Shown here: piece after piece, positions 1 through 13,619 of the stretch
How the letters are laid out: each line of letters starts with the position of its first letter
How positions within the stretch are numbered: the first letter of the stretch is position 1
NCBI GenBank assembly: GCA_964035545.1
Contig: OZ037765.1
Span: 26,287,504-26,351,503 of the forward strand
Length of the DNA: 64,000 bases
Source of the DNA: Bugula neritina
Lineage: Eukaryota; Animalia; Bryozoa
Reading direction: 5' to 3'
Position numbers and translations under genes: made by a program
Notes under the pieces: model-generated
Seen by the model: only the letters and a program-made list of their open reading frames with translations
What the model was told of the DNA's origin: nothing
The model's database searches: none

Positions 1-32
1 AATAAGCATTTATAAAAACAATTATTGTAGAC

Positions 33-3000
33 TTAGTCTTCTCCGGCAAATATTTCCAAATCATCGAACAGTGAATTGGTAGCTTTTAGCATCAAATTCT
101 GCAAATACCCAATAAGAAATAACTAGTGAGAACAGAAATATCATATATACATATATATTTAAATAAAAAGCAAAGGTAGAGAACACAGGCTAGAATAGGA
201 AATCTTGCTGGTACCAAGCAAGTTTACAAAACATTTTGCAAAAGACTAGAATGGGAAATTGGTCAGATGTAATTTCGGCTAGTAGCCAAATGATGCTAGG
301 CTTTCATGAACTCAATACAGACGAACTACAAACAGCCAAGTACTACAGCTATTTCCTATTTAATCACACTGCCTGCTTAATTAAGTCAAATAAAAACTAA
401 CTTGAACTTTTAAAAAGGTTTAGAGTACAATTGCAGACAAGTTCTGCAATTATTTTAAAGTCAATTTTGTATAAATAGTAAAGTAAAAAGATTCAGCCAG
501 AGTCAAAACTACGATATATGTTGTATAAACATTAGTGAATACGCACAAGGGTGTCAACACAAATGCTAATTATTTTACTGAACTAACAAATTTTAAATGA
601 CTATTTTTTAAACTTATCCACCACATTATTAATAACCTGTCAACATACTTGCATGTGGTCTTGAAAAAAAAACAAAATGTTGACAAATAATTATATAATA
701 CCATTAGCCATGTTATTAGGTGAAGGGACTAGTGGTGATTTTACTGCCCAACCAGTCAAATTATAAATTGAGCAGAAAGAATGGGGTAGTTCACAGCTGC
801 TGGAACATTTCTGACCATCCCAGTGTTTTGTTTATTGAAAAGGTTAAGGCAAAGCTTAGACAACAATCTCTCTGCTTCATGGCTAATGGCGGCTAAATCG
901 ATTAACAAATATTTTCAATAATGTAATTTGTCACGAATCATGTAAAACCTATGTTTTTGCGACAGTCAAACTATTGAAAAGTGCTAAATGAGCGCCACAT
1001 AAAGGTGTCATTTCTATTATATATTAATGACTAGATTTCTTCGGTAGAAGTTGTAAGGCTTTGACCACTTCCTCTATACACGGATTAACAAATTTTCTAG
1101 CGAACTGCTAAAGTTTCACAAACCGGCTTCCCGAGTTCATTTTTGAGCTAACCTGTTTTAAATACGAAAAAGTTGACTTGCACTAAGTATTGCTATCATA
1201 CTTTTAGTGATGACAGCAAGATAATGCTACGAATTTATTTTGGCATTTTTTTGTGGACATGATCATATGAATGTTTACAGCATTAGCAATTACAGAGACA
1301 CCAGCACTCGGACGTCACAATTCTATTTAAAGGTCAGTCGCACAAGCTTTGCCTTTCAAGAAACCTCAAAAATCCTGCGGCGGGACAAGCTGCTCCCAGC
1401 GTCTAATCTGTTCAACTACATACACACAGAACTATCAAACATGTCCACAGTTCACAGCGAGTACCCATACTCAGGTATACGAACCTTTTCATTGCACATA
1501 TGAAGTAGTGCCACAAATGCTATAGGTGGTGAGAGATCTTTTGCTTCATATGAGGGGGAGAGGTCTGGAAGTTTCTCGTATATCAACTGAAAGGAAACTC
1601 CGCCACTTTTAACACAAACTTTTGTATTTTCATCTTCTTCGGCTTTGTTTTCCTAACAAAAAAGTAATGGAATGATGCAATATAAAATTAGCAAGTCAAA
1701 AAGTGCGATAAGTCTAGACAGAGCTGTGGACTCTATAAAATCCCTTAAATTAATTAGATGATCGCTGGCATTAGTGCATTTGAATTTATTATAGCATTTG
1801 CTTAAATTATAATTCCTAAATTTATTGTAAAGCTAAACCACAGGAAAATGGCTTAAAATCTCTAATTTTAATAAACTCAGCCAAGATTGGAATGGGCGAA
1901 GATCCTACTTAGATCAGCAATACTTAATTACATGTTATATTGTTTTAATATTTATGTATATTAATAACTTATCTAGCAATGTAAACAGGTGGTACTTGTG
2001 TTAATTTTAAATATTTCTTATGTCATAGAGAAAAAGTGAAATAGTTATGAAAAACTTAGAAAACTAAAAAATTTGAAACAAAATTGTACAGTTTGTAGTT
2101 TTACTTTGCCACTTGAAATGGTTCTAGTGCTTGCAAATAAGGAGCTGTAGCAGCAGCAGTATCTAGCTAATGTAACGGGAACTAAATGGTCACCTCACCT
2201 TATCCTTTGTGGGCTCAGTTATAAGCCCCCACATATTACGCTTGAGCCTTTTGAAATCCACTTTTTTCGGCCGCTTAGCGTACTGAAGGCTAATCTTTTC
2301 AACCTAAAAAAGCATAACTGCTTCATAATTTTGGTTTTAATTCCTACATTAGCAATTTAAGTATGCAGCTAATTATAACTGATAGCTAAAACCTTCCTAA
2401 AACTGAAGCCTGACGCCAATACTCGTTTCTCTGAACCAAACTGCCGGAGAGGCTTAGCAGTAAATCAACAATTTCTTTCTAAAAATGGAATCTCAAAAAT
2501 TTCTTACAAAAACTGTACATTTCCAAAATATCAACGACACTAGTGTGATTATCAGGTCACACAGGTTAATCAGACTTGCTTGTCCAGTACTGCTCGTCTT
2601 TGAAAAGTTTGACCTTAACACTTCTTAATGCTATAAACAACTTTGCTATAACATGTCAATAGACTAGCTAAGTTTTCGCTGAGGTAGACACAGAATGCAT
2701 TTTTTCAGCAAAAAGTTCACCTTTTTACTAAGTAAAGCAGCTGATCTAAGAACTCAAACAACAAACAAATAGACGCTTAAGCTGGTAAAATTGGAATCTT
2801 TACTAGTGGGGGTTTTACATTCAATCTACCTAGTCAAGTTAACTTGGGCGTATAATCAAGTTGCAAGTCTTAATGAAAGCCAAAAAGTAATTAAAATCAA
2901 CACCTAATTGATAAATGTAGCAGTTTTTAAATGGTATAACAGGTTTGCTATTTTTACTTTCAGTAAACTAATAGCACTTCAGTAAACTATGAATGACAGT

Positions 3001-6000
3001 ATGCCAGCTTAATAATATAAATTAAACCTTTAAAGACAGTTTTTATATGGAAATTTTTACTCAGTGCAAAACTTTAAATTTTAACGGAAAAAATGTTATG
3101 GCCAAATCTATTTTTAACCTTAAATCGTTTAGGAAAATTATGAAAGCTGCAAGAAACTTCAAGCTCAAAATTTGGTGAAACTTAATTTTTAAGGATCTTG
3201 CCAAAAATCTACCTTAAAGAAAGCTTTACTGAAATCGAAATATATAGCTGCTTAGTCAGCTTACCAAATTAGGTTGTGCTATAAGAGAATCGTCAAGGTC
3301 AAGTAGAGGTGGCTGAATGCTGATGCCAGACATCTGGTAGTCATCATTATCCTCTCCAGTTGCCCCTGAGATCTACACGACAATATTTGTTGGTTACAAA
3401 ACGTCTGTACACACAGGTTATGTAACATTAGGAACATGCCTGTGATTGATGGTGATCTAATCCTCTGAGGCAATAGACTATAAAACCTATTATAGACAAT
3501 CATAAACTAGGACACCATTGGTCTCCTTGCCTTCTTAATCAATGTCTACAAAGTTATACGTTATTAATTCGTGTTTCAATAATTTAATACTTTCTACTTT
3601 GTTTTACTTACCTTTAGTCTACATTAAACAAAAGTGTTCTAGATAGAAAAATCGCAAAGTAAGCAAAAGTGTGTAATAAAAAAAAATACTCCGAAGATAG
3701 CATTGCAGTTTATGATATGATTTTGCTTATTCATTGATGTGAAATAAAATCATAATTATGCTTCAAACTAGTTGTTAGTTGGCAGGAAATACAAACAAAA
3801 AATTGAACTCTTATTTCGTACTTAATTGCTATGTAACTTCAACACAATCAGCTAGCATATATAAGTTAGTATCTTTAAGATACACAGCTAGATTCTGGCC
3901 AACAGCAACTTGTGATGGATAAAACCAATTAATTATTTACTAAATGTTGATGCTTCAATTGCTTTTATTATTTCAAAGATTATTAAAACATTTTGTTTTG
4001 TGAATGCTTTTAATTTTCAATCCAATTGCGTAGTCTTGGAAATGAAAAAAGTATTTGGGAACCAATTCATCAAGATTTAAGAAGTAGCATTTTTATTGTT
4101 GGTGCAACAATTTATAAACACTTTTTACCAAATTTAGGAAACGCTAAATTACTAGTGTCAGCAATATTGGGAAGTTATTTTATAGAATAGCACTGAATGA
4201 TCTAGGATAAGATTTTGGGTGTCATACTGAGCATTATTATAATAAGTCTGCCCATTTTTAATTTGTGTGCAAATAATTTTCTAAGTATAGCGCTTCTCAC
4301 AGCAAGGTCAGAAATACAAAGGGCATAATATTGAGCAAAATGAATATCTTCCACGTTATTACAATAAAAATATATAAAATGGAAATAAATCATTTATAAG
4401 GAGAAGCAGAGATAAATTTATGACACATTTTACCACTAATGAAGATGATGGCATTGCACTGAAATTCAACAATATTAATGTGTTTATGAAAAGTAGAGTA
4501 GAGATATGTAAGCCAGCTGAAATTACTCTATGAGAGGGCCTAGGACGGTTTTCATGGTGTAATTTACTCCTTTGATTAAGTTTAAGTTAATTACTAATCC
4601 TGTCTTTAAATCTTGTGGTTACCAATTCAGCATTTTGATAACTTCGTGTCATTTAACAATTCATGGCAAAGTTGGCAAGGCTGGGCGTGTCCGAAATTAT
4701 TATCAAAATTATTAGCTAGCCAGACAGATAAATAATGGTATGTACTCAACATAATATAGCATCAGACTTCACAAACTTAATACAGTCACCGCAAGAATCC
4801 AGCCAATTCATTCTCACCAGGCTATTTAATAATGTGTCAAGTCTCCAAAAACAGCCCATCCAATGTAGAGGAGAAAAGGCTGAAGAAACCACATTTAAGA
4901 GTGGATAAATAAATCCCAACAGGACATTATATGGTTTAACGTTTTCTAAGCCTGAAGCCTTGCAAAAGCTTAAACAAGCTAAACCCATACATCTCACTTT
5001 TATAAACTTTTAATTGTTTTCGGTAATTTCTAGGTACGAAGCACTAAAATTTTATCTGAATAACAATTCAAAAGCTACACAGGTGCAATTTTAATCTACT
5101 TCCTGTAACACCAGGAGTCAAACAGCCCACAAACATTGCAATCAAAACCAGTTTAGTAAAACACAAAAGAAAACAACTACCAAATTTAAAGATTAAATGA
5201 AATACATGGACAAATTTTAATGTTAGGCAAGAATGACCAACCATTAAAGAATGAATTACGAAAGTGGTTTAACTAAAAACTAGCCAGTTGATCTAATTTT
5301 TGCTAAAACACAGCAAGAAGGGTGAACACCTATCTCAAGCAAAAACAGCCTCTCAAGTAATATAGTGATGTAGAGTAAACCCATTTTGTTCAGTTCACGT
5401 GTTTAAATTTGAAAGCGCAATCACTTACGTTGGGGCAAAAATTGGCTGTATCATTTTTATTGAAATAATTGTAGTCAGCTGTTGATGTATCTACGTCTCT
5501 ACCAGCATCAGGTTTCTGTTCTATTTTTATCTGAAAGAAAAAGAAAATATAAAGATAAAAATAGACCTGCACACTGTATAGAAATGCTTCTATTGCTTCT
5601 ATCATGATTATGCAACAAATTTGCAATCATTAATCTAGTGAGATTTTGAGATAATTCTTCGTATAAATTATATTTCTGGCTGCTAAAAGTCACTGCATAC
5701 AAAAACCCATGACCTATGATATATACGGCAGGTAGGCTAAAGTACAATATCATTTGCTAATATATTTACAAACTCACAAAAGGATATAAAAAACTAGCCA
5801 AACCACGACACTGCAAATGCCATACATTTGATGAAATATGGTGAATATTATTTAATATATTGATGAAGACAATTGTTGTCAATATGCAAACGTGTAGAGA
5901 ATCATAGAAGCAATGAAAGGAGTCTGGTCTTATTGTCAAAATGCCACATTTAATACAAATAAATTTGATGAATAGGTTAGATTATATCCTGGTTGATTAG

Positions 6001-9000
6001 TCACTGCTCCTTTGGGCTAAATACTAGATATCGGCTACACCGAACTTACGTTGACCTTGGGACGAGTGAACAGGCTTATAAGATCTTTGCTTTTGTAATG
6101 CAAATCTTCCGGAAGATTAAGAGACTGTTTCTTATACCTGCAAAGTCAACGAAATTTCAACTGTATGACTTTTAGCTAATAGAAGAAAAATGCCTGCTCA
6201 TGGCCAGGTCACTTACGCAGCACATTGCATGCATCCAGTAAATCAACTTAAGACGATGAACTAATCACTTTTCAAGCAGCCAGCCACGAGGTGAATACAG
6301 ATTACACCTTGTTAATTTCTAATCAGGTAAGACAGGGGTGAGTATGTCTGTACAGCGGAGGGTATTTTGAATAAGGATTACAATCCCTTCAGAAAATATA
6401 TCTACATGGTGAAGCATTTCTTACATCCTAACCTCTGGCAAGTGAAACTATTATAATTCAAATGCTCCATAAAGTGCATAAATGTAAAAAATTTGAAGTG
6501 CCAGTGTTAGCAGTCTTGCAATTTATCTGAGAAAGGCCTGGAATTAACATTATTAGCAGATAAATCTGCATATGGTAAAATGGAATTTTGCACTGTTAGG
6601 AACTCATATTTTTATGCATAAATAAAAATATTGGAAGAGTATTAAATTGAATTATATTGGCAATAAATATAAATAATAAATTGACGGCTCAATACATCAA
6701 TCTTGTATATAATATGTGACCTTTTACCAGAGAAGCAGTTCAAAACATAATTCATCACCTATAAAAGCTAAGTTGCAGAGCCACTTGGTGACAAGGATTT
6801 TATGATAGTATAAAGAGATTAATTTGCAATGGCAGCTATTAGACCTGTCAATAAGTACCCTGAAATAAGGTTTCCCAAAATTAAAATGATATATGCATTT
6901 CAGGGAACTAATATTTACATTGCAATGCCAGGTGATAACAAACAGTAACATAATAAACTGGCTAATTTTCCAACACTATTAATAATTGCACAAACAAACA
7001 GCTTTGCAATAGGCATGTCGATAATGGAAGAAAAACATTTCAGCCTTAGTATAGGCATGAGCATTTTTGTCAAGTTTTACATCTGCAAACCAATGGGAAC
7101 AGAAACTAACCACTAATACGTGACAAATGGCTAATCGTGCAACAGTAAACACTGTAAATACAATAAATTACTTATAACATTTATAGGTAATAGACCCGCT
7201 ATCCAAACAGAACATAGTGGATATAGGTGAGAACTTATACGCAATAGTGTTATAACTCATGCTATAAATGGGAAACAAATTACAAACCTCTCTAGTGTCT
7301 GCTTGGTGACAGAAATGGCAGCTCTGGTCTTTTTAAACATTTTATCAAAATCAATTTCAGCCTCAAAGTCAAAGACAAATTGCTTCTTCTCTGTTGCCAG
7401 CTTTTTAACTTTTATTGTATTTTCTTGGTCTTCACCTGAAAGGAAAGGGAAACAGGTGGCTTAACAAATTGAAAACAACTCCAATAGTTCTATTCACACA
7501 TGCAGTAGCTAAACAACACACAATAAAACTGATAGTAGGCTGTTTTCTTGGAATTGTCAACTCAATGCAAGCCTGGCATTTATCACATGATATACTACAT
7601 GTGACTCAGTGATGTGTATATATAATGAGTGCCTAGAGTGGAGAAAAGTTACACATAAATTTGTGAAGCAGATGGTTCTCAAATATTCTTCAGCAACTTA
7701 TCAGATCCAACTCACCCGCCCTTTTGCCACCTACAATAGAAAACACCCCAGAATTATAATGACGTTTGAAATTGCTTCATGAATAATCTTCAAATTTTTT
7801 GAAGAAAAAATAATGCCTTTTTTAATAATAAATATCATGAATATATCTAATACAGTACCAAGCATGTTGAGTCGCTTAGCCTTCCAGTAGCCAGGACCAG
7901 CCCACATGTTTTTCATACCACCAAAGAACGAGTAGTCGCCGCCACCACCCGTTACCAGAGCAAGCAAACTGTTGAATGTACCATCTCTAAAATATTTCAA
8001 AAGATTTTAAGACATAAAACAGTAGTTTTGTTGGAGACTCATCTCCAAAAATATCATCACCTCAATAACAATATTTATTTAAACTACCATCAGATGTTAA
8101 CAGTTCTTGGGCCACTAGAGTAGTTGGACAAACTAAAGACACCTTTTGCAATAAACATGTAATTCTTAGAGTAAAAGGGTGAATAAGTGGAGTGAAAAAA
8201 TCATCAAACAGCACGACTCTAACAGATAACATTGTCTCATACTATGTGTTTTGTATTGAGCTTCATAGAGCTGTAAGCACTAGGAGAAAGGTTGTAACTA
8301 TAGAAACAGCAAACAAAATGTTTACCAGAATCATTTTAAAATACTGGCGAAAATATTGCGTGAAGCCAATTTATTAAATTGTGTTAAACTGATGCAATTA
8401 TCACAGTGTTTATTGTTATAACTGCCCACATTATTATTTTGAAACAGGCAAGTTACAGCTGAGTAGTCAAGTAAAAAATTAACTTAGATACTTTATAGAA
8501 AACTAAATTGGACATGATAAGTTTAATAAACCATACAGTGTGATATAAATACTGAGGTACGAGAATGAATATTAGGAGTTGTCAGTCCTGCCGTTTATTT
8601 ACTGGATTATAGAGTTATCATTCCAGAGATAATGCTCTACTCACGCGGCGAATGTTGTTTTGGTATTTGTGTTGGCTGATTTACCAAAATAATTCACAAT
8701 TTCGCTTTTATCTTCTCCTTCATCCATCATGTTGACATCTACAGTTTCACACCAGCAATGATTAGGAAACAAATAATGTGGCGAAAGAGCAGACAACTGC
8801 AAGAAATGCAAATGTAAGTCACAAGATATTACTATCACCGTCATCGCCAAAAGAGTTGTTAGCAAAGTCTGCTATGTCGTCATCAGCTGGAGGTATTTCT
8901 TTGTCTCGATTAAATTTGAGCTCATCATCTTTGCAGTCTAGAGCATCAAATATAGGATGCTGCAACAATACACACAACACTACAGTATACACACAACCCT

Positions 9001-11731
9001 ACAGTATACACACAACACTACAGTACACACAACACTACAGTATACACACAACACTACAGTATACACACAACACTACAGTTACAGTAAATACACAATACTA
9101 CAGTACACATACAACACTACAGTATGCACAAAACACTACAGCTACATCATTACTCTTACAAAATAGATTTGTAATACGGGAGTAACAACTCGCATGCACC
9201 ATTCTCAAGGCATATATACAACAAAATATTACTCAACACAATTAAAATACGAAAACATTTGAACTGAAGTCTACCTGAGTTTCTTCACCAAACTGAAACT
9301 TATAGAACGTTGGGCAGATAACTTGTGTAGACAAACTAATCTGAGGGAGATCTACAAATAGAACAGCTTTATATTATCTACACACTTGCTATAGTGTACA
9401 CCATATTACATACTATATCATCTACACACTTGCTATACTGTATACCATGTTACATACTATATCATCTACACATTTGCTATAGTGTATACTGTGCACCATA
9501 TTACATACTGTATCATCTACACACTTGCTATACTGTACACCATGCTACATACTGTATCATCTACACACTTGCTATACTGTAAACCATATTATGTACTATA
9601 TCATCTATACACTTGCTATAGTGGAAAAGGTTATACGGCTGCAATCTAAAGACTACGTAGCATGAACACAAATGTTATTGCACTGAGTGAAACTCTATCA
9701 CAGCAAACATATACCTGCATGAAGAATGTAATGGTGAGAATAATTCCCTTGCTTAGTTTACTCAACTACTCACTCTTCTTGCTGCAAAATCACTCTGAAT
9801 CTGGTTAAGTCAATCAGCTAAACCCTACACTGTGAAGGTTTAAAGCTGATTAAATCACATAAAAGACTCACCATGTTCTTCAGTAGAAGTATCTTGTAAC
9901 CGGAAGCCTTCAGGAGCCTCAGTGCTACATTGCATGTCCAACATCAGGGCGGGGATGTCATACGCGCACCTCAGAGAACCTAGCAACAGGCCACCAAAAC
10001 TCGAGTCTCCTTCTTTTGATAAATTTTGAAGAAGAGGATCAATCTATCAAAATGTATCAAAGATTTAATAAGTTCACGAAGCAATGTTGAGATAAAACAA
10101 AGTAACATGTCACATTATTACACATTTGCCGTCTGTTTAATGCAATCTGTGTTCATATAATCAAAATCACACTCATATCAACTACAAGTTCTACAAACGC
10201 ACCTCATGGGCTTGGTCTATACCAGAAACATTTATCTTTTGCAAATCTGTTTCAATAATTTTCTTTTTTCTTTTATCCGAATTTTTCCGAACTCCTGGCT
10301 CCCCTCCTTCTTTACCGCCGTCTTCTGCTGATTTACTGTTTCCCGATTTATCACCTACGAGCAATCAGCCGCCATGAGTTTAAAGTTTAACAATCGGGTC
10401 GAAAGTTCGCATAAAAACATAACTGATTGTACATATATATGTATTAATCAAACAACCATATTTTAATTTTTAGAAAGTAATTTTTTACCATCTTTATCGA
10501 GCTGACTAACTTGGTCTAGAAGCTGAATAGCCTGAATGTGAAGAGCATCGACTCTGCTAGCATAGATCTTGGCTCCCGCTTCTATTGAAGAACCTGCCAT
10601 CTGCAAATCATACATATTAGAAAGCATTAGCTCCATCCATTTAACCAGGAACTCTACCGGTTATTTCAGTAATAGTCAAGTGACTACTGTGAATTAGTGC
10701 AAGAAATTGGTTGTTTAGGAGATAAGGTCACTAAAATATAAAATAAAAATTATTTATTGTTTTAATTAAATAAAGAAAATAAAATAAAAATAACCAAGTT
10801 TATGCTACGAATAGAATTTTATAAAAACAAAACAAAACTGATCCATGAAGACACAACTCAGTACCTGAAAATTAGTCTCTTTCTCTTTCCGAAGCATATC
10901 TTTCATTGTGTCTATCAGATGTAGAGAGAAAGCGTTTCTTGCAGTGATTTTCTATAAAGTATGAGACCATAAGCATTGAGCAAGTGGGCAGGTTTAGAAG
11001 CATCTTTCAGTAGCTAGATAATTATGAAAATGAGACTGCACCTAGGTCAAAAAAGCAATACCCCCCTGCAAAAAAAATCTTTTGCTAATAATTACTGTTT
11101 TGAAATTATTTGATACTAAATACCAGCATCACTATTTGCGAATGTCAATACTGTTTTTGCTGTCAGTCCTACACAATTATACACTAATTAGGTTATTGCA
11201 TATTTGCAAAGCTTACATTGTCTTTAGAAAGCTGTATACAGTTGTAAAGATGTTCGGTTATTTGAGAAGCGTTCCACCCAGCTAGATTGGAAACATTTCG
11301 TCTGAAAAATATGCAAATAATTAGCAAATGTTAAAATATTATAATACAGGTCAACAGAATCAGCAGAACATGTTTAAAAATCACAATCCCAAAATTACAT
11401 CCGAAACTAACTAACTCCAGAAATCTGAGTCAAGACACTATAAGCTTGTGCGAGAACAGTTCTGTAATAGAGGATACACATACTTCTCAGAGGCGGGACT
11501 GTTGAGATGATTTTGGGCAGCATCTGACAGCCGAGCTTTTAATCGGCGCTTCTTCTCAGAATAGTCATCATTAACCAGATGCGATAGCATGGGTGAGTTG
11601 AGTGGGCTGTTGGCAAATATCTCAACATTTTTCTTATGTGTAGCTGGAGAGAGGTTGGAAGGCGTGCTCCCCTGTGGTGATGGTTGTACACTTAGTCTAC
11701 TGGCAATTTTTAGTCGAGACTTGGAGGACAT
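33..11731 (-). CDS. NCAPH: Condensin complex subunit 2 (CAP-H/Barren kleisin), multi-exon, complete CDS
   Basis: Manually spliced GT-AG exons give family motifs in the right order: QITEHLYNCIQLSKDN/KITARNAFSLHLID (~11217-11301, 10865-10951), AGAKIYASRVDALH (~10489-10601), QVICPTFYKFQF (~9275-9351), DYSFFGGMKNMWAGPGYWK (~7858-7986), DYNYFNKNDTANFCP (~5429-5531), VEKISLQYAKRPKKVDFKRLKRNMW (~2198-2302), LSPPIAFVALLHMCNEK (~1486-1652) and last exon NLMLKATNSLFDDLEIFAGED* (stop at 33-35). ATG at 11731, just after an acceptor at ~11751. Confidence 0.95.
7716..7730 (-). other. Candidate 15-nt symmetric microexon of NCAPH (adds GGKRA)
   Basis: Minus strand reads attgtAG|gtggcaaaagggcgg|GTGAGT. It is phase 1-1, matching the flanking NCAPH exons. 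Confidence 0.6.
8966..9140. repeat. Degenerate intronic minisatellite (ACACTACAGTATACAC-type), abutting an NCAPH acceptor
   Basis: Visible tandem cacaacactacagtatacac units. It produces the low-complexity ORFs 8957..9166 and part of 8778..9185. Confidence 0.9.
9370..9622. repeat. ~47-bp minisatellite, about 5 copies, in an NCAPH intron
   Basis: Recurrent unit atcatctacacacttgctatactgtacaccatattacatactat. Confidence 0.9.
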
Positions 11732-11949
11732 TTTCACCAACAGCAGCTACCTACCGAAATATATTAATTTCAAGCATTTAAAAATGTGTAAACCTGATAG
11801 GAATTTATTTTAAAATTATCAAATAAAACAACAAAGCATAAGACAATGTTAATAAAACCGAATTTGATAGTTTAACTTTTAGTGAGTATTGTAAGTACAA
11901 TTGTAAAATTAATATAGACTTAGAAAGTGTTATTCAGACACTGATAGTC

Positions 11950-13140
11950 ACATGGAATTAGAGTAATAGACATAAGGCTAGGCAGTAGGAAAAATCTGAA
12001 GCCAGTGTTACTAAAAGTAAGACTAAAAGCAAGTCAAGTTAGTAACTAAGTGCCAAGTGCCAGTGGTATCCAATGTCATACTCATACTGATACTCTTGTG
12101 AATGTAATTGTCATTGTGATAGTCCTAGATTCGTAATGCTTTTAGTTTTTATTTTATTTTAATTGTAACTTTTCTAACAGTAAATACTAAATACCAATAG
12201 TTTATAACTTTATTTATATTAGCAATATTACTATTACTATTAGTAGTTCAAGTTAGTACAACTAGCCTACTTATAGTTATAGACTTATAGTATTTATACT
12301 ATTTACTTATAGTTATACTTTAACTTAGTCTTATATAGTAAAATGTTATACTTATACTGTTAGAGATTTACTAATACTTATTTACTAACTGTAACAGCAA
12401 CACACTAATTCTAATTCTTAGTCTAACACTAACAGTAAGAGTAAGAATAACTATAAGTATAAGTCAGTAACACAAACAGTAAGTGTAACTATAGGTGACA
12501 AAGTCAAAGTGAATGTCAGTTTCAAAGTGTAACACTAACTCTAAGTTCTAAACACTGAAGTAAAACACTGTTACTGCTAGTGTTAGACTTGAACTTAAAG
12601 TTAGTGTTACACTTATTATTAAAGCTACGCCTACGGCTACTGTGTTATATTGATTCATATTGATATTCATTTAGTTAGTCACTATTGTTACATTTTGACT
12701 TACACTTACTCTTAGTCTTACAGTTTGAGTTACACCTACTCCTAGTCTTACTCACTTTACTGTGGTGTTAACAACAAGTACAATGTCAATGAATAATAAT
12801 TATGATAACTATTAGTATTAGTATTACTATTAGTATTAGTATTACTATGTCTATTACTATTACTATTAGTATTACTATTACTATTAGTATTACTATACGT
12901 ATAAGTATAACTATTACTAATACTATAGTATTAGTATTACTATTATAATTTTAAAATAAAAATATAATAAATATAATAATATTAATTATTTTAATAATTA
13001 TATTTATATTAACGTATTTGATGTTTATCTTTTAAATTTATGATAATTGCTTTCATGGTATTAGACTAATAATAAAGCTAAGTTATTCACTACTTGCATT
13101 TACACTCATACTGATACTGATAGTGATACTGATAATCGCA
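11950..13140. repeat. Degenerate hexamer-periodic low-complexity tract (left flank of the promoter)
   Basis: Phased 6-mers, e.g. acactt actctt agtctt acagtt tgagtt acacct actcct agtctt (12702-12750), (agtatt/actatt)n (12808-12945), atactg atactg atagtg atactg (~13108-13132). Confidence 0.75.
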
Positions 13141-13380
13141 TAGTGTCTGTTGCTACAAACATGGATTAATTAGACAAATCTTGAAGGTTGAAAAAGGCGC
13201 TTTTTATAGCATGACGTTTAAATGCTACTACATATAAAATTAAGGCAACAACTCCTGGTGTTTCAATACTTACCAATATTGGTTGTAAGGCTATATTTCT
13301 TATGCTTTTATTTTGGAGACCCGATTATTTTTCCGAATCACAAATGGCTATCTGGCTCATTCCGTTTTAAAGCTGTTCTA
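13140..13380. promoter_or_regulatory. Probable bidirectional promoter / first-exon region for NCAPH and SNX13
   Basis: Less AT-rich, higher-complexity island between two divergent genes whose first coding exons are each preceded by an acceptor. Contains GGCGC (13196), TGACGT (13212), a minus-strand donor GTAAGT (13273-13268) and a plus-strand donor GTAAGG (13285). TSS positions are inferred. Confidence 0.55.
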
Positions 13381-13619
13381 GATTATTTATTTTTAAGTAA
13401 AACTTATATATATTTATTGATATATACGTGTATGATTTATAAATATGCATATTTAATTGTTTGTATATAATAATTGTTATTAATTATGTGATTATTTGTC
13501 TTTAATTTATAATTTTTATTTTATATAATATATTATTATTAAATTTAATATTTTTTAAATTTACTTTTGACTTTGTCTTTTAGTTTTAGTTTAAGAATTA
13601 TTTAAATTTTAATTAATAA

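Noticed and set aside
1240-7000. Short 60-90 aa ORFs in NCAPH introns or antisense to its exons
   Set aside because: No recognisable motifs and AT-rich random composition; those overlapping real exons are explained by NCAPH.
9370-9622. CRISPR-like regularly spaced repeat
   Set aside because: Eukaryotic intron; the inter-repeat segments are themselves similar (minisatellite) and there are no cas genes.
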